DNA of 64,000 bases from an uncultured Alphaproteobacteria bacterium (GTDB lineage: Bacteria > Pseudomonadota > Alphaproteobacteria > Acetobacterales > Acetobacteraceae). The position numbers were made by a program, and so were the translations under genes. Where the stretch lies: positions 258,265 through 322,264 of the forward strand of contig CAWDQN010000010.1 in NCBI GenBank assembly GCA_963804495.1. The letters are read 5' to 3'. The notes under the pieces are model-generated. The model was not told where the DNA came from, made no database searches, and saw only the letters and a list, made by a program, of their open reading frames with translations. Below are positions 1 to 8,453 of this stretch, one piece after another. The stretch's first letter is position 1; the number at the start of each line of letters is the position of its first letter.

Positions 1-165
1 TGGATCGTCCGTGCGAGCGCCGATGTGAGGATGAAGCAAAAGAAGATCGACAAGAACCTTGATACGCGTCTGAACGCGCCGCGCCCCCTGTGCGGAACGG
101 GCCTCGATGTATTCAAGGATGGCATCGAGCTCGGCAAGAGCCTGAAGAGTATAGCGAAGCCTCAC
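1..165 (-). CDS. RelE/ParE family toxin (3' end beyond window edge)
   Basis: Not in ORF track; manual translation from GTG at 165: MRLRYTLQALAELDAILEYIEARSAQGARRVQTRIKVLVDLLLLHPHIGARTDDP, typical ParE N-terminus; GTGA overlap with upstream antitoxin stop. Confidence 0.85.
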   Translation of the reverse strand, partial: MRLRYTLQALAELDAILEYIEARSAQGARRVQTRIKVLVDLLLLHPHIGARTDDP

Positions 166-395
166 AAGCCGTATTTGCTCCACACGGCCCGCACCTGCGC
201 GTCAGTCGCAAATTCGTCACGGGCAGCGGCGGCTTTTGAGGCTGCAATCGAGGCGCGTTCATCGCTGGAAAGCTCAACCGGCACTGTCTCGTCATCCGTT
301 CCGGCAAGCCGGAGAACAACGCGGGCGATGTCGTCCTGAGCGTCCGGCGGGAGGCCACGCGCCGCTTCAAGTGCTTGTTCGAGAAGTCTTGTCAT
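162..395 (-). CDS. Putative antitoxin (addiction module protein) cognate to the ParE toxin
   Basis: 77 aa MTRLLEQALEAARGLPPDAQDDIARVVLRL...FATDAQVRAVWSKYGL; translationally coupled to toxin; ATG at 395 preferred over ORF-track start 449. Confidence 0.8.
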   Translation of the reverse strand: MTRLLEQALEAARGLPPDAQDDIARVVLRLAGTDDETVPVELSSDERASIAASKAAAARDEFATDAQVRAVWSKYGL

Positions 396-481
396 GGAGT
401 GATGATAACACGCCAGGCCAAAAAACCAAGCAGGGCGCGGTGACTCCATCTTGCGGAAAGTCGACCGCTCCGCGCGGCGGC

Positions 482-509
482 TGGTCGCACAACGCGCTTT
501 ATGGAAAGT
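482..509 (+). other. dif/pdif-like XerCD recombination site
   Basis: TGGTCGCACAA-CGCGCT-TTATGGAAAGT fits 11-6-11 dif layout; right arm resembles XerD arm TTATG(T/G)AAA(A/G)T, left arm resembles GTCGCATAA with one change; lies between two accessory modules. Confidence 0.55.
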
Positions 510-515
510 CAGGCC

Positions 516-1802
516 TTATGCGGATATCCCGCCATAGAGCCGTGCCGCCTCCGCAATCAGAGCGTCGAGCATCATAATGATCTTGGACGTATCATAGCTC
601 CCCGTTCTCAGGCTCTCGTCAGTCTGCCCCACAAAATGTCGCGCATAGGATTCCTTGTGCTCCAACGCGCCCTGCCAAGCGTCCACATCTTTTTTGTAAT
701 TGCTCCAGATTACTCTGGCTGGCGGATAACCGTTTAGTTTGAGGTCAAGATAGCACTCAATGGCGGCAGCGCGCCCGTTAATGTCGCAGTTGCTCAAGCC
801 TTCCGGCCCGAGCGCCGGAAACCGCCGCAACTCGTCAATGTCAGGCAGAAGCATCGAACGCATATTCCATGGCATTTTGAGGTCTTGGAGTTTGCGGTAA
901 GCATCCACACCCTCGGCGTCGTTATCGAGCAAAAAAAGCACCTTGTTCTGAATGTCGATCCTAACAAGGCCTTCAGCGAATTTGACCAGGTTGCCCGTTC
1001 CCCAGAAATGATGACGTTCATCGCCGTCGATAAACCGGAAGAAGTCGGCGACATCGGACCGCAGAATGTGGAGCGCCCGTCGAAGTATGCGGGCGTCTGA
1101 CGCGCCTTCCGTTGCAACTAGAATTGCTTGCTCACGTCGGGCGCCAGCACAAAACGCCTCACGATCAACCCAGCCTGCGTTTACGATTGGCCCGAATTGC
1201 CACACAACTTCTGCGTCGGCATTCTCGGGATTTAGGGCAAAGATTTGCAGCATCGATGACGGACTGAGAATGCATAGCTTTGCCGAAAGATAGCTGCTTT
1301 CAGACCAATAAAAATCTGATTTATCGGCCCAAGGAAGGCGAGAAAAGTCGCCGGCATGAGCGGCAAATCTGCCTTGTGCGACTGTAGCGCGGTCCGGAGT
1401 ATCCCTCTCAATGTATTCACTATTCAGGCTCGCCAGCGGATAGCGATTGGCAAGATCACAAAATTCTTCGAAAGTCAGCGGAAGCAACCCCTCTTCGCCA
1501 AAGCCGTATGTGGCGGCCTCGTCGAGAGCGTCTTGGTATTCTGCTTGCACCAAATCCAGAGTATGGCCCAGTACGTGCAGCCGCGGCAGCACCCGCGATA
1601 ATGGCCGCACAAACGCCAGCTCGTGTTCTGCTAGGTCGGCTTCCTCCTCCGGGTTCTCCTCATAGTATTTATAGTCTATTGCGCCGCTACGCCGCCGCGT
1701 TAAATCTGCCTCTTGAAATATGAACCCGTAGTCATTGCCCATGTTATTTTTGGCATAATCAAGGGAGACACCGCTTATCTCAAATGTTATCCCGGTTCCC
1801 AT
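516..1802 (-). CDS. HEPN/Toprim-associated N-terminal domain + TOPRIM domain protein (candidate defence nuclease)
   Basis: N-term MGTGITFEISGVSLDYAKN resembles proteins annotated HEPN/Toprim-associated; C-term half has TOPRIM acidic motifs VATEGASD and LLDNDAEG; visibly lower GC than the core genes. Confidence 0.7.
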   Translation of the reverse strand: MGTGITFEISGVSLDYAKNNMGNDYGFIFQEADLTRRRSGAIDYKYYEENPEEEADLAEHELAFVRPLSRVLPRLHVLGHTLDLVQAEYQDALDEAATYGFGEEGLLPLTFEEFCDLANRYPLASLNSEYIERDTPDRATVAQGRFAAHAGDFSRLPWADKSDFYWSESSYLSAKLCILSPSSMLQIFALNPENADAEVVWQFGPIVNAGWVDREAFCAGARREQAILVATEGASDARILRRALHILRSDVADFFRFIDGDERHHFWGTGNLVKFAEGLVRIDIQNKVLFLLDNDAEGVDAYRKLQDLKMPWNMRSMLLPDIDELRRFPALGPEGLSNCDINGRAAAIECYLDLKLNGYPPARVIWSNYKKDVDAWQGALEHKESYARHFVGQTDESLRTGSYDTSKIIMMLDALIAEAARLYGGISA

Positions 1803-1850
1803 AGCTCTCAGTTCCGACAGCAAGAATAAATAGAAGGATAATCGGATTTT

Positions 1851-2396
1851 TCATGCCACCAATCGCGAAATCGTGCTGTGGCTGACATTATACGATCTGG
1901 CGATCTCCCGCATAGGCTCGCCCGCATCACGGCGACGTAGCGCCTCCTTGATCTGGTGCGGCGTCATCTTCGGCGGGCGGCCCATCTTCACGCCCTTGGC
2001 GATGGCGCGCTTGCGGCCTTCGCCGGTGCGGGCGCGGATCAGCTCCCGCTCGAACTCGGCCAGCCCCCCCAGCACGGTAAGCATGAGGCGGCCGTGGGCG
2101 GTCGTGGTGTCGGCCCAGGTGTCGCCGAGGGAGCGGAAGCCGGCCTTCTTGGCGGCGATGCTGGCAAGCGTGTTGAGAAGGTCGCGGGTCGAGCGAGCCA
2201 GGCGGTCGAGCCGCGTGACCATCAGCACGTCATCGGCGTCGAGCTGGTTGAGCGCGCGCCGGAGCTGGCTGCGGTCGGTCTTGGCTCCGCTCGCCACCTC
2301 GCGGAACACCTGGCGCGCGCCCGCCGCCCGGAGCTGGCGCACCTGGGCGTCAACGCTCTGGCCGTCCGTCGAGACGCGCGCATACCCGTAAATCAT
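1851..2396 (-). CDS. Serine recombinase (resolvase/invertase family) with C-terminal HTH
   Basis: MIYGYARVST catalytic Ser motif, VTRLDRLARS, LAEFERELIRART..G, C-terminal HTH (REIARSYNVSHSTISR). Confidence 0.95.
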   Translation of the reverse strand: MIYGYARVSTDGQSVDAQVRQLRAAGARQVFREVASGAKTDRSQLRRALNQLDADDVLMVTRLDRLARSTRDLLNTLASIAAKKAGFRSLGDTWADTTTAHGRLMLTVLGGLAEFERELIRARTGEGRKRAIAKGVKMGRPPKMTPHQIKEALRRRDAGEPMREIARSYNVSHSTISRLVA

Positions 2397-2400
2397 GAGT

Positions 2401-2475
2401 TCGTTATGCACCTAGTTTCTGCAACGGAAAAGCCCTTAAATTTCAAGGCTCCGTTTTTGGTTCATAATTTTTGAG
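2401..2475. promoter_or_regulatory. Putative res site / resolvase promoter region
   Basis: AT-rich tract directly upstream of the resolvase (GTTTCTGCAACGGAAAA...CCGTTTTTGGTTCATAA); position typical of res sites. Confidence 0.4.
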
Positions 2476-2980
2476 TATTGGGACCATGACGGCATCGTCC
2501 TGGGTTAGCCCTTTGGATTCGCAAAGCCTTGTTCTGGTTGGCTTGTTCGCTCATCCCCAAAGTTGCCGTTTGATGGACGACTGCGGGTTGGACATATCCA
2601 GCGGACATCCACGAACCGCTTCCAGGAATAAATTCTGGATACGCGTAAAGAATGGTCACATGAGCACTCGATGACAAACCTCCTTTCACAACATTGGCAC
2701 GGGTGTATGGGTCAACGCCCCTCAGAGGCTCACCGACAGCACTCCTGGCAACGGTTCGCAATTTGTCCACAGAAGCGAAACACGAAACAACCCGCCTGAT
2801 CCGCTGACGTTCGGTCGAGTGGCGTGGATCAGCTTACGTCACGTCCGCATCGCGATGCCCTCCGCCTTTCCGTCGCCAACCTTCAACGCGTCCCTATCCC
2901 TCCGACCCCGCATATCGAGGCACGCACGCTTTCTGAATCTCCCTTGCTACCTGCTCCCGGTTGTAGTAGGAATATAATCC

Positions 2981-3583
2981 ATGAACGCCCAGCCCCACCC
3001 CGCCACCCCCAACCTCGCCCCAGCCTTCGGTGGTACCAGCGTCGGCGTCATCCTCCGCAATCTCGCCGCCCTCATCGCCCGCCGCTTCCTGAACGATCCG
3101 CTTCTCGCCGTCCTCATCATCCCCCTGTGGCGGCACCTCACCCGCGCCGCCGCCCGCCTCGACCGCCTGCGCGCCCGCCTCGCCGCCGGTCCCATCCCGC
3201 CGCCAAGGCCCCGCGCCAGCAACCACAGCGGCCCCCGTCGCCGCTCACCCTTTCCCACCACCAGCGCCTGGCTGATCCGTGCCCTCGGCGCCGAGGCCGC
3301 CGCCTGCGCCGCCCAACTGCAGGCGCTGCTGGCCGATCCCGCCGCCGCCGACCTCCTCGCCTGCACCGCCGCCCGCCGCACCCTTGCCCCCATCCGCCGC
3401 ATGCTCGGCCTCCCGCCCGCGCACCCACCCCGCCCCATCATCCCCGCATGCGTCGCCCCCGCGCCGCGACACCGGCCGCCGCCCCGGCCGGCCCCGATCC
3501 CGCACCACCCCACGATCGACCCGCGTCCCACCGCAAGCCGCCGCCCCTGGTGGCTGCCGCCGCCCCGCCTGCGCTCCGGCTGA
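2981..3583 (+). CDS. Hypothetical Pro/Arg/Ala-rich protein
   Basis: 200 aa ORF with ATG after AT-rich leader and strong C bias; amphipathic segment LWRHLTRAAARLDRLRARLAAG; no family recognised with certainty. Confidence 0.55.
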   Translation: MNAQPHPATPNLAPAFGGTSVGVILRNLAALIARRFLNDPLLAVLIIPLWRHLTRAAARLDRLRARLAAGPIPPPRPRASNHSGPRRRSPFPTTSAWLIRALGAEAAACAAQLQALLADPAAADLLACTAARRTLAPIRRMLGLPPAHPPRPIIPACVAPAPRHRPPPRPAPIPHHPTIDPRPTASRRPWWLPPPRLRSG

Positions 3584-3940
3584 CCCGGCCTCCCGCCCAT
3601 CGCCCTGCAACCTCCTGCCGTCCCGCTCCGGGCGTCGTCCCCCCGCGCCCGCGTTCCCGTCGGTGCCGTCGAGCCCGGTTGCCACCCGGCGGTGATGGTC
3701 ATGGCCAATGAATGGTGAACCGCCGCGGAGATCACCCTGCCGCGACCGGGATAACCGGAATCCCGCGAGCTGAGCGCGCCGCCCAACCCGATGCCCGGCC
3801 GCAGCTTGTGACCGCCGCCCCGGCGATCCGCGGCGGCGTTTCCGTCATTCGGGGTTCCCTCCGTCGTCGCGTTGCCTATGCTGCGCAGGATCACCGGTCC
3901 CTGGAAGCCCCGGGCCTTGGAACTGAGCGAAGTACAGAGC

Positions 3941-5344
3941 ATGACAGCCACCGACCCCGCCCTGATGTCGGCCGAGGAACTCCTGGCCCACTACGCCCGC
4001 CGCGCTCTCAGTCCCGTGGAGGTGCTGAAGGCCGTGACCGAGCAAATCGCCCGCCTCAACCCCGAGATCAACGCCTTCGCCGTGCTCAACCCCCGCAGCC
4101 TGGAGGCCGCCGGCGAAAGCGAGGCGCGCTGGCGCGCGGGCCGCCCGCGCGGCACGTTGGACGGTGTGCCGGTGACGGTGAAAGACCTGATCGACCTGGC
4201 CGGATTCCCCACCCGCCGCGGCTCGCGCCTGACCGATCCCGCGCCGGTGGAAGACGACGCCCCCCTGGTGCTCGGCTTGAAGGAGCAGGGCGCGGTGGTG
4301 ATCGGCAAAACCACCACCACCGAGTTCGGCTGGAAAGCCCCGGGCGACTGCCCGCTGCACGGCATCACCCGCAACCCATGGAACAAGCTGCACACCCCGG
4401 GCGGCTCCTCGGCCGGCGCCGGTGCCGCCGCCGCGGCCGGATTCGGGCCGCTGCATGTCGGCACCGACGGCGGCGGCTCCATCCGCATCCCCGCCGCCTG
4501 GTGCGGCGTGGTCGGCCTGAAGCCGACCTTCGGGCGGGTGCCGATGTGGCCGCTCGGCGCCTTCGCCCCGGTGGCGGTCGCCGGACCGATCACGCGCACC
4601 GTGCGCGACGCCGCCCTGATGCTGTCCGCCATCGCCCGCTTCGACCTGCGCGACCCGTTCTGCCTGCCCCCCGAGTCGCACGGCGACCGCGACTGGCGCG
4701 CCGGCATCGAAGACGGGGTCGCCGAAATGCGCGTCGCGGTGCTGCGCCGCCCCGGCTTCGACGCCCCGGTGGACTGGGAAGGCATCGCCGCTGTCGAACA
4801 GGCGGCCCAACTGCTTACCGAAGCCGGTGCCGAGGTCGAGGAAGTCGACCCCGAACTGCCCGACACGCGGGCGATCTTCTCCCGCTTCTGGGGCGCGGCG
4901 CTGGCGCGCCTGGTCAGCACTTTCCCCGAATCACGGCGCCACATGCTCGACCCCGGCCTGCTGCAGGTGGCGGCGGCGAGCGAAGGCATCCCGGCCACCG
5001 CCCTGATCGAAATGGAGGGCCTGCGCATCGAGGCCGCGCACGCCATGGCCCGGCTGCACCAGCGCTACGACCTGGTGTTGTCGCCCTGCGTGCCCGGCCT
5101 GGCGCCGCTGGCCGACGCGCCGGTCGGCGATCCGGTGGAGGCGCTGTGGACGGGCTGGGCCGCCTGGACCTTCGCGTTCAACCTCACCCGCCAGCCAGCC
5201 ATCGCGGTGCCGATGGGGTTCGCCGGCAACGGGCTCCCGCGCGCGGTGCAGATCGCCGCGGCACTGTATCGCGACGATCTGGTGCTGCGGGCGGCGCGCA
5301 CACTGGAGGTCGCGGAGGCTTTCACCACGCCCGATCTGGACTGA
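3941..5344 (+). CDS. Amidase signature family protein
   Basis: GVPVTVKD (Lys), TPGGSSAGAG, GTDGGGSIRIPAAWCG Ser-cisSer-Lys triad motifs; start set at MTATDPALM. Confidence 0.93.
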   Translation: MTATDPALMSAEELLAHYARRALSPVEVLKAVTEQIARLNPEINAFAVLNPRSLEAAGESEARWRAGRPRGTLDGVPVTVKDLIDLAGFPTRRGSRLTDPAPVEDDAPLVLGLKEQGAVVIGKTTTTEFGWKAPGDCPLHGITRNPWNKLHTPGGSSAGAGAAAAAGFGPLHVGTDGGGSIRIPAAWCGVVGLKPTFGRVPMWPLGAFAPVAVAGPITRTVRDAALMLSAIARFDLRDPFCLPPESHGDRDWRAGIEDGVAEMRVAVLRRPGFDAPVDWEGIAAVEQAAQLLTEAGAEVEEVDPELPDTRAIFSRFWGAALARLVSTFPESRRHMLDPGLLQVAAASEGIPATALIEMEGLRIEAAHAMARLHQRYDLVLSPCVPGLAPLADAPVGDPVEALWTGWAAWTFAFNLTRQPAIAVPMGFAGNGLPRAVQIAAALYRDDLVLRAARTLEVAEAFTTPDLD

Positions 5345-5370
5345 GCGGACACTGGGGCGGCAACAAAAAG

Positions 5371-5428
5371 TAAGAAAGGCCAGGGCTCTGCCCTGGACCC
5401 GCAAGGGGACGGCGGTCCCCTTGACCCC
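5371..5428 (+). repeat. REP-like double-hairpin repeat (family copy 1)
   Basis: TAAGAAAGG-CCAGGGC tct GCCCTGG-ACCCG-CAAGGGGAC ggcg GTCCCCTTG-ACCCC. Confidence 0.85.
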
Positions 5429-6191
5429 GCTCCTTTTCTTGGCGCTCGCTCTGCTGGCGCCGGTGCGGGGGCTTGCCGACTACGGCATGGTTTCGCCGGA
5501 TGCGATCGATTACGGCCACCTGGTGTTCCAGAACGACGGCGATACCGTCTACGACCGGCGGTCGTCCATCGGCGGTGCCCAGGGCTACACCGTTTCGGTG
5601 GGCACCGGCGTGACCCGGTGGTGGGACTGCGTGGTCGAACTCGGCTACGACCACGCCCCGGCCGGCGACCAGCCGTCACGCATCACGCAGGCGGTGATCG
5701 AAAGCACATTCGAACTGAGCAAGCCGGGCGAAGCCTTCGTCGATTCCAGCCTGTACGTCGAATACGGCCAGACCGTCATGCACAGCAATGTCCCCGGCGC
5801 CAACGAGTTCACCATCGGTCCGGCGATCGGCAAGGACATCGGCCCCACCACCCACACGCTGAACCTGTTCGTCACAAGGCTGCTGGGGCCGGACCAGTAC
5901 AAAACCGGGCTGGATGTCAGCTATGCCTGGCAAAGCCGCTGGAACGTCTGGGCACCGCTGTCGCCGGCGATCGAGGCCTACGGTGAGGCAGGCACGCTGG
6001 GCCACCTGCCGCGCTTCTCGCAGCAGCAACTGCTCGTCGGGCCGGTGCTGCTCGGCTCCTTCGGCTTCGAGGACCTTGGCCTGAGCGGCGCGGGGGAATT
6101 CAAATACGAACTCGGCTGGTTGTTCGGCGCCACCCCGGCCACCGCCGGCGGCACGCTGCGCTGGCATCTGGAAGTGGAAATCCCGTTCTGA
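5421..6191 (+). CDS. Exported hypothetical protein, probable outer-membrane beta-barrel
   Basis: Hydrophobic signal-like N-term, alternating beta-strand pattern, C-terminal aromatic residue (LEVEIPF); start uncertain (TTG inside repeat). Confidence 0.65.
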   Translation: MTPLLFLALALLAPVRGLADYGMVSPDAIDYGHLVFQNDGDTVYDRRSSIGGAQGYTVSVGTGVTRWWDCVVELGYDHAPAGDQPSRITQAVIESTFELSKPGEAFVDSSLYVEYGQTVMHSNVPGANEFTIGPAIGKDIGPTTHTLNLFVTRLLGPDQYKTGLDVSYAWQSRWNVWAPLSPAIEAYGEAGTLGHLPRFSQQQLLVGPVLLGSFGFEDLGLSGAGEFKYELGWLFGATPATAGGTLRWHLEVEIPF

Positions 6192-6288
6192 GTCGGCGGA
6201 TGGGTTTGGTCTGCGCGATCGCGCATGGATTTGCGGGTCCTTGCAGACAATGATGGCATATACAAATCGGCCCCGACCGGACCCCGCC

Positions 6289-6882
6289 ATGCACCTGCGC
6301 CCCGCCTTCACCGAAACCGATCCCGCCCGGATCGCCGGCCTGATCGCCGCCAATCCGTTCGGCCTGCTCGTGACTCAGGGGCCGAACTTCGTGGAAGCCT
6401 CGCATCTGCCGTTTGTTTTGAGCCATGACAATGACGTCCTGGTCCTGGCAGGCCACCTCGCCGCCGGCAACGCCCAATGCGCTTCCTTTGCGGGCGGCCC
6501 GGCGCTGGCGGTGTTCAGCGGGCCGCATGCCTATATCTCGCCCGGCTGGTACCGCAGCCAACCGGCGGTGCCGACCTGGGACTATGCAGCCGTGCATGTG
6601 CATGGCCACCTCGAACCCCTGGACGGCGCGGCGCTGGCGGACATGATGCGCGCGGCCTCGCGCGACGATCCCGGCGGGTTCGATATGGATGCGCTGGAGC
6701 CGCGCTACCGCGACGCCATGATAAACGCCGTCCGCGGCTTCCGGCTGCGTGCCGAGCGGATCGAGGCGCAATGGAAAATGAGCCAGAACCGCAGCAGCGC
6801 CGACCGCGAAGGCGTCATCGCGGCGCTGCGGGCGCGCGGCGAGCACGCGGTGGCCGATCTGGTGGCGGCGACCCTGTCCTGA
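6289..6882 (+). CDS. PaiB family FMN/heme-binding split-barrel protein (negative transcriptional regulator family)
   Basis: MHLRPAF..., ASHLPF, GHLAAGN, FSGPHAYISPGWY, VPTWDYAAVHVHG, WKMSQNRS motifs. Confidence 0.9.
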   Translation: MHLRPAFTETDPARIAGLIAANPFGLLVTQGPNFVEASHLPFVLSHDNDVLVLAGHLAAGNAQCASFAGGPALAVFSGPHAYISPGWYRSQPAVPTWDYAAVHVHGHLEPLDGAALADMMRAASRDDPGGFDMDALEPRYRDAMINAVRGFRLRAERIEAQWKMSQNRSSADREGVIAALRARGEHAVADLVAATLS

Positions 6883-6888
6883 CGCTGC

Positions 6889-7494
6889 TCAGACGGCCGT
6901 GAAGTTGCCGTCGGGCTGGCGAAGGGCCAGCACACCGGTGCGCACATCGAAATGCGCCCCGTGCAGCAGCAGGCTTCCATCCGCCACCCGCTCGGCGATC
7001 CAGGGGAAGGTGAGAAGGTTCTCCAGCGACATCTCGATGCCGGCATACTCGGTCGCCAGCTGCGGGTCGGAAGGCGGGTTGGCCAGAACCCGCTCGCGGG
7101 CGCGCGCGGCGGTGCGGATCCAGGGACCGACGAACTCGCCGACCGGGGGCGGCACGCCCTCCAGCAAGGCGCGGATGCCGCCACACAGCCCGTGGCCGAG
7201 CACGATCAGATGGCGCACCTGCAGACCGAGCACACCGAATTCCAGCCCGGCGCTGGTGCCATGGCAACCGCCGTCGGGTGCGTAGGGCGGTACCAGATTG
7301 GCGACATTGCGCAGGACAAACATCTCCCCCGGCCTGGCGTCGAACACCATCGCCGGGTCCACCCGGCTGTCGGCGCAGGCGATAACCATGGCCTGCGGGC
7401 GCTGGCCGCGCTCGGCCAGGTCCTCGAACAGGCGGCGCCGCTCGGGCCAGGCGGTGGCGCGGAAACGGCGGTAGCCGGCGATCAGATCGTCCAT
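6889..7494 (-). CDS. Beta-class carbonic anhydrase
   Basis: ACADSRV, RNVANLVP, GHGLCGG zinc-ligand motifs. Confidence 0.95.
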   Translation of the reverse strand: MDDLIAGYRRFRATAWPERRRLFEDLAERGQRPQAMVIACADSRVDPAMVFDARPGEMFVLRNVANLVPPYAPDGGCHGTSAGLEFGVLGLQVRHLIVLGHGLCGGIRALLEGVPPPVGEFVGPWIRTAARARERVLANPPSDPQLATEYAGIEMSLENLLTFPWIAERVADGSLLLHGAHFDVRTGVLALRQPDGNFTAV

Positions 7495-7528
7495 GCGGAT
7501 GTGCCGCGGGCCGCGACGCTGGAGGGTG

Positions 7529-7732
7529 TCAGAAACCCTCGCGCTCGAGGCGCTTGCGCTCCATTTTGCGGGCGCGGCGGACAGCCTCGGCGGCCTCGCG
7601 GGCGCGGCGTTCGGAGGGCTTTTCGTAATGACGGCGCAGCTTCATTTCCCGGAAGATACCTTCCCGCTGCATCTTCTTTTTGAGCGCCTTGAGCGCCTGG
7701 TCGACATTGTTGTCGCGAACGAGAACTTGCAC
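7529..7732 (-). CDS. rpsU: 30S ribosomal protein S21
   Basis: [41 protein letters not shown]; GTG start at 7732 within the longer track ORF. Confidence 0.98.
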   Translation of the reverse strand: MQVLVRDNNVDQALKALKKKMQREGIFREMKLRRHYEKPSERRAREAAEAVRRARKMERKRLEREGF

Positions 7733-7819
7733 TTGGCCGCCTACTCCTCTTGCCTGTGTGCCCCGACCATCGGGGCACGAAAAATAGGCCGGGGCGCCTG
7801 CCCCGACCGGAAGGGGGGC

Positions 7820-7848
7820 GCTATAACACGCCATCCGCCCCTCGCCAA
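7820..7848 (-). promoter_or_regulatory. Putative sigma70 promoter of rpsU
   Basis: Minus strand TTGGCG-N17-TATAGC about 90 bp upstream of rpsU. Confidence 0.5.
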
Positions 7849-7904
7849 CGCGCATCTGCACCCAATCTGGGGTTGAGCTCGCACCCGCCCAAGGAGCCCG
7901 CCGC

Positions 7905-8453
7905 ATGGCCATCCTGAAGATTGCCCGCATGGGCCACCCGGTGCTGCTGCAGCGCGCCGAGCCGGTCGCCGATTCCACCGCCCCGGAGATTCGGCAACTG
8001 GTGCGGGACATGATCGAGACCCTGGAGGACGCCGGCGCAGCGGGGCTGGCGGCGCCGCAGGTGCACGTGCCCTTGCGGCTGTTCATCTTCCGGGTGAACG
8101 CCGGGCGCAGCAGCGGCGATGCGCATGACCGTGCGGTGGGTAACACTGTGGTGATCAACCCGGACATCGAGCCGGTGGGCGAGGATGCCCATTTGCAGTG
8201 GGAGGGCTGCCTGTCGATCCCCGGTCTGCGCGCCGCGGTGCCGCGCCACTGGCGCATCCGCTACCATGGCGTGGACACTGAGGGGGCATCGGTGGGCGGC
8301 GAGGTCACCGGGTTTCATGCCCGCGTGGTGCAGCACGAATACGATCATCTGGACGGGATTCTTTACCCCATGCGCATGACCGATTTCCGCCTGTTCGGCT
8401 TCACCGAGGAACTGGCGCGGGCCAGGCAGCAGAGTGACGGAGGCGGGTCGTGA
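7905..8453 (+). CDS. def: Peptide deformylase
   Basis: [23 protein letters not shown] motifs. Confidence 0.97.
   Translation: MAILKIARMGHPVLLQRAEPVADSTAPEIRQLVRDMIETLEDAGAAGLAAPQVHVPLRLFIFRVNAGRSSGDAHDRAVGNTVVINPDIEPVGEDAHLQWEGCLSIPGLRAAVPRHWRIRYHGVDTEGASVGGEVTGFHARVVQHEYDHLDGILYPMRMTDFRLFGFTEELARARQQSDGGGS

Noticed and set aside
1805-1850. Second dif-like site closing the TOPRIM module (AGTTCCGACAG...)
   Set aside because: Only about half of the XerD arm matches and there is no XerC arm
2462-2770. 102-aa minus-strand ORF upstream of the resolvase
   Set aside because: No recognisable motif; the AGGAGG is not spaced to any start; overlaps the probable res region
7733-8257. Extended RpsU (242 aa)
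   Set aside because: Antisense to def; canonical S21 starts at GTG 7732
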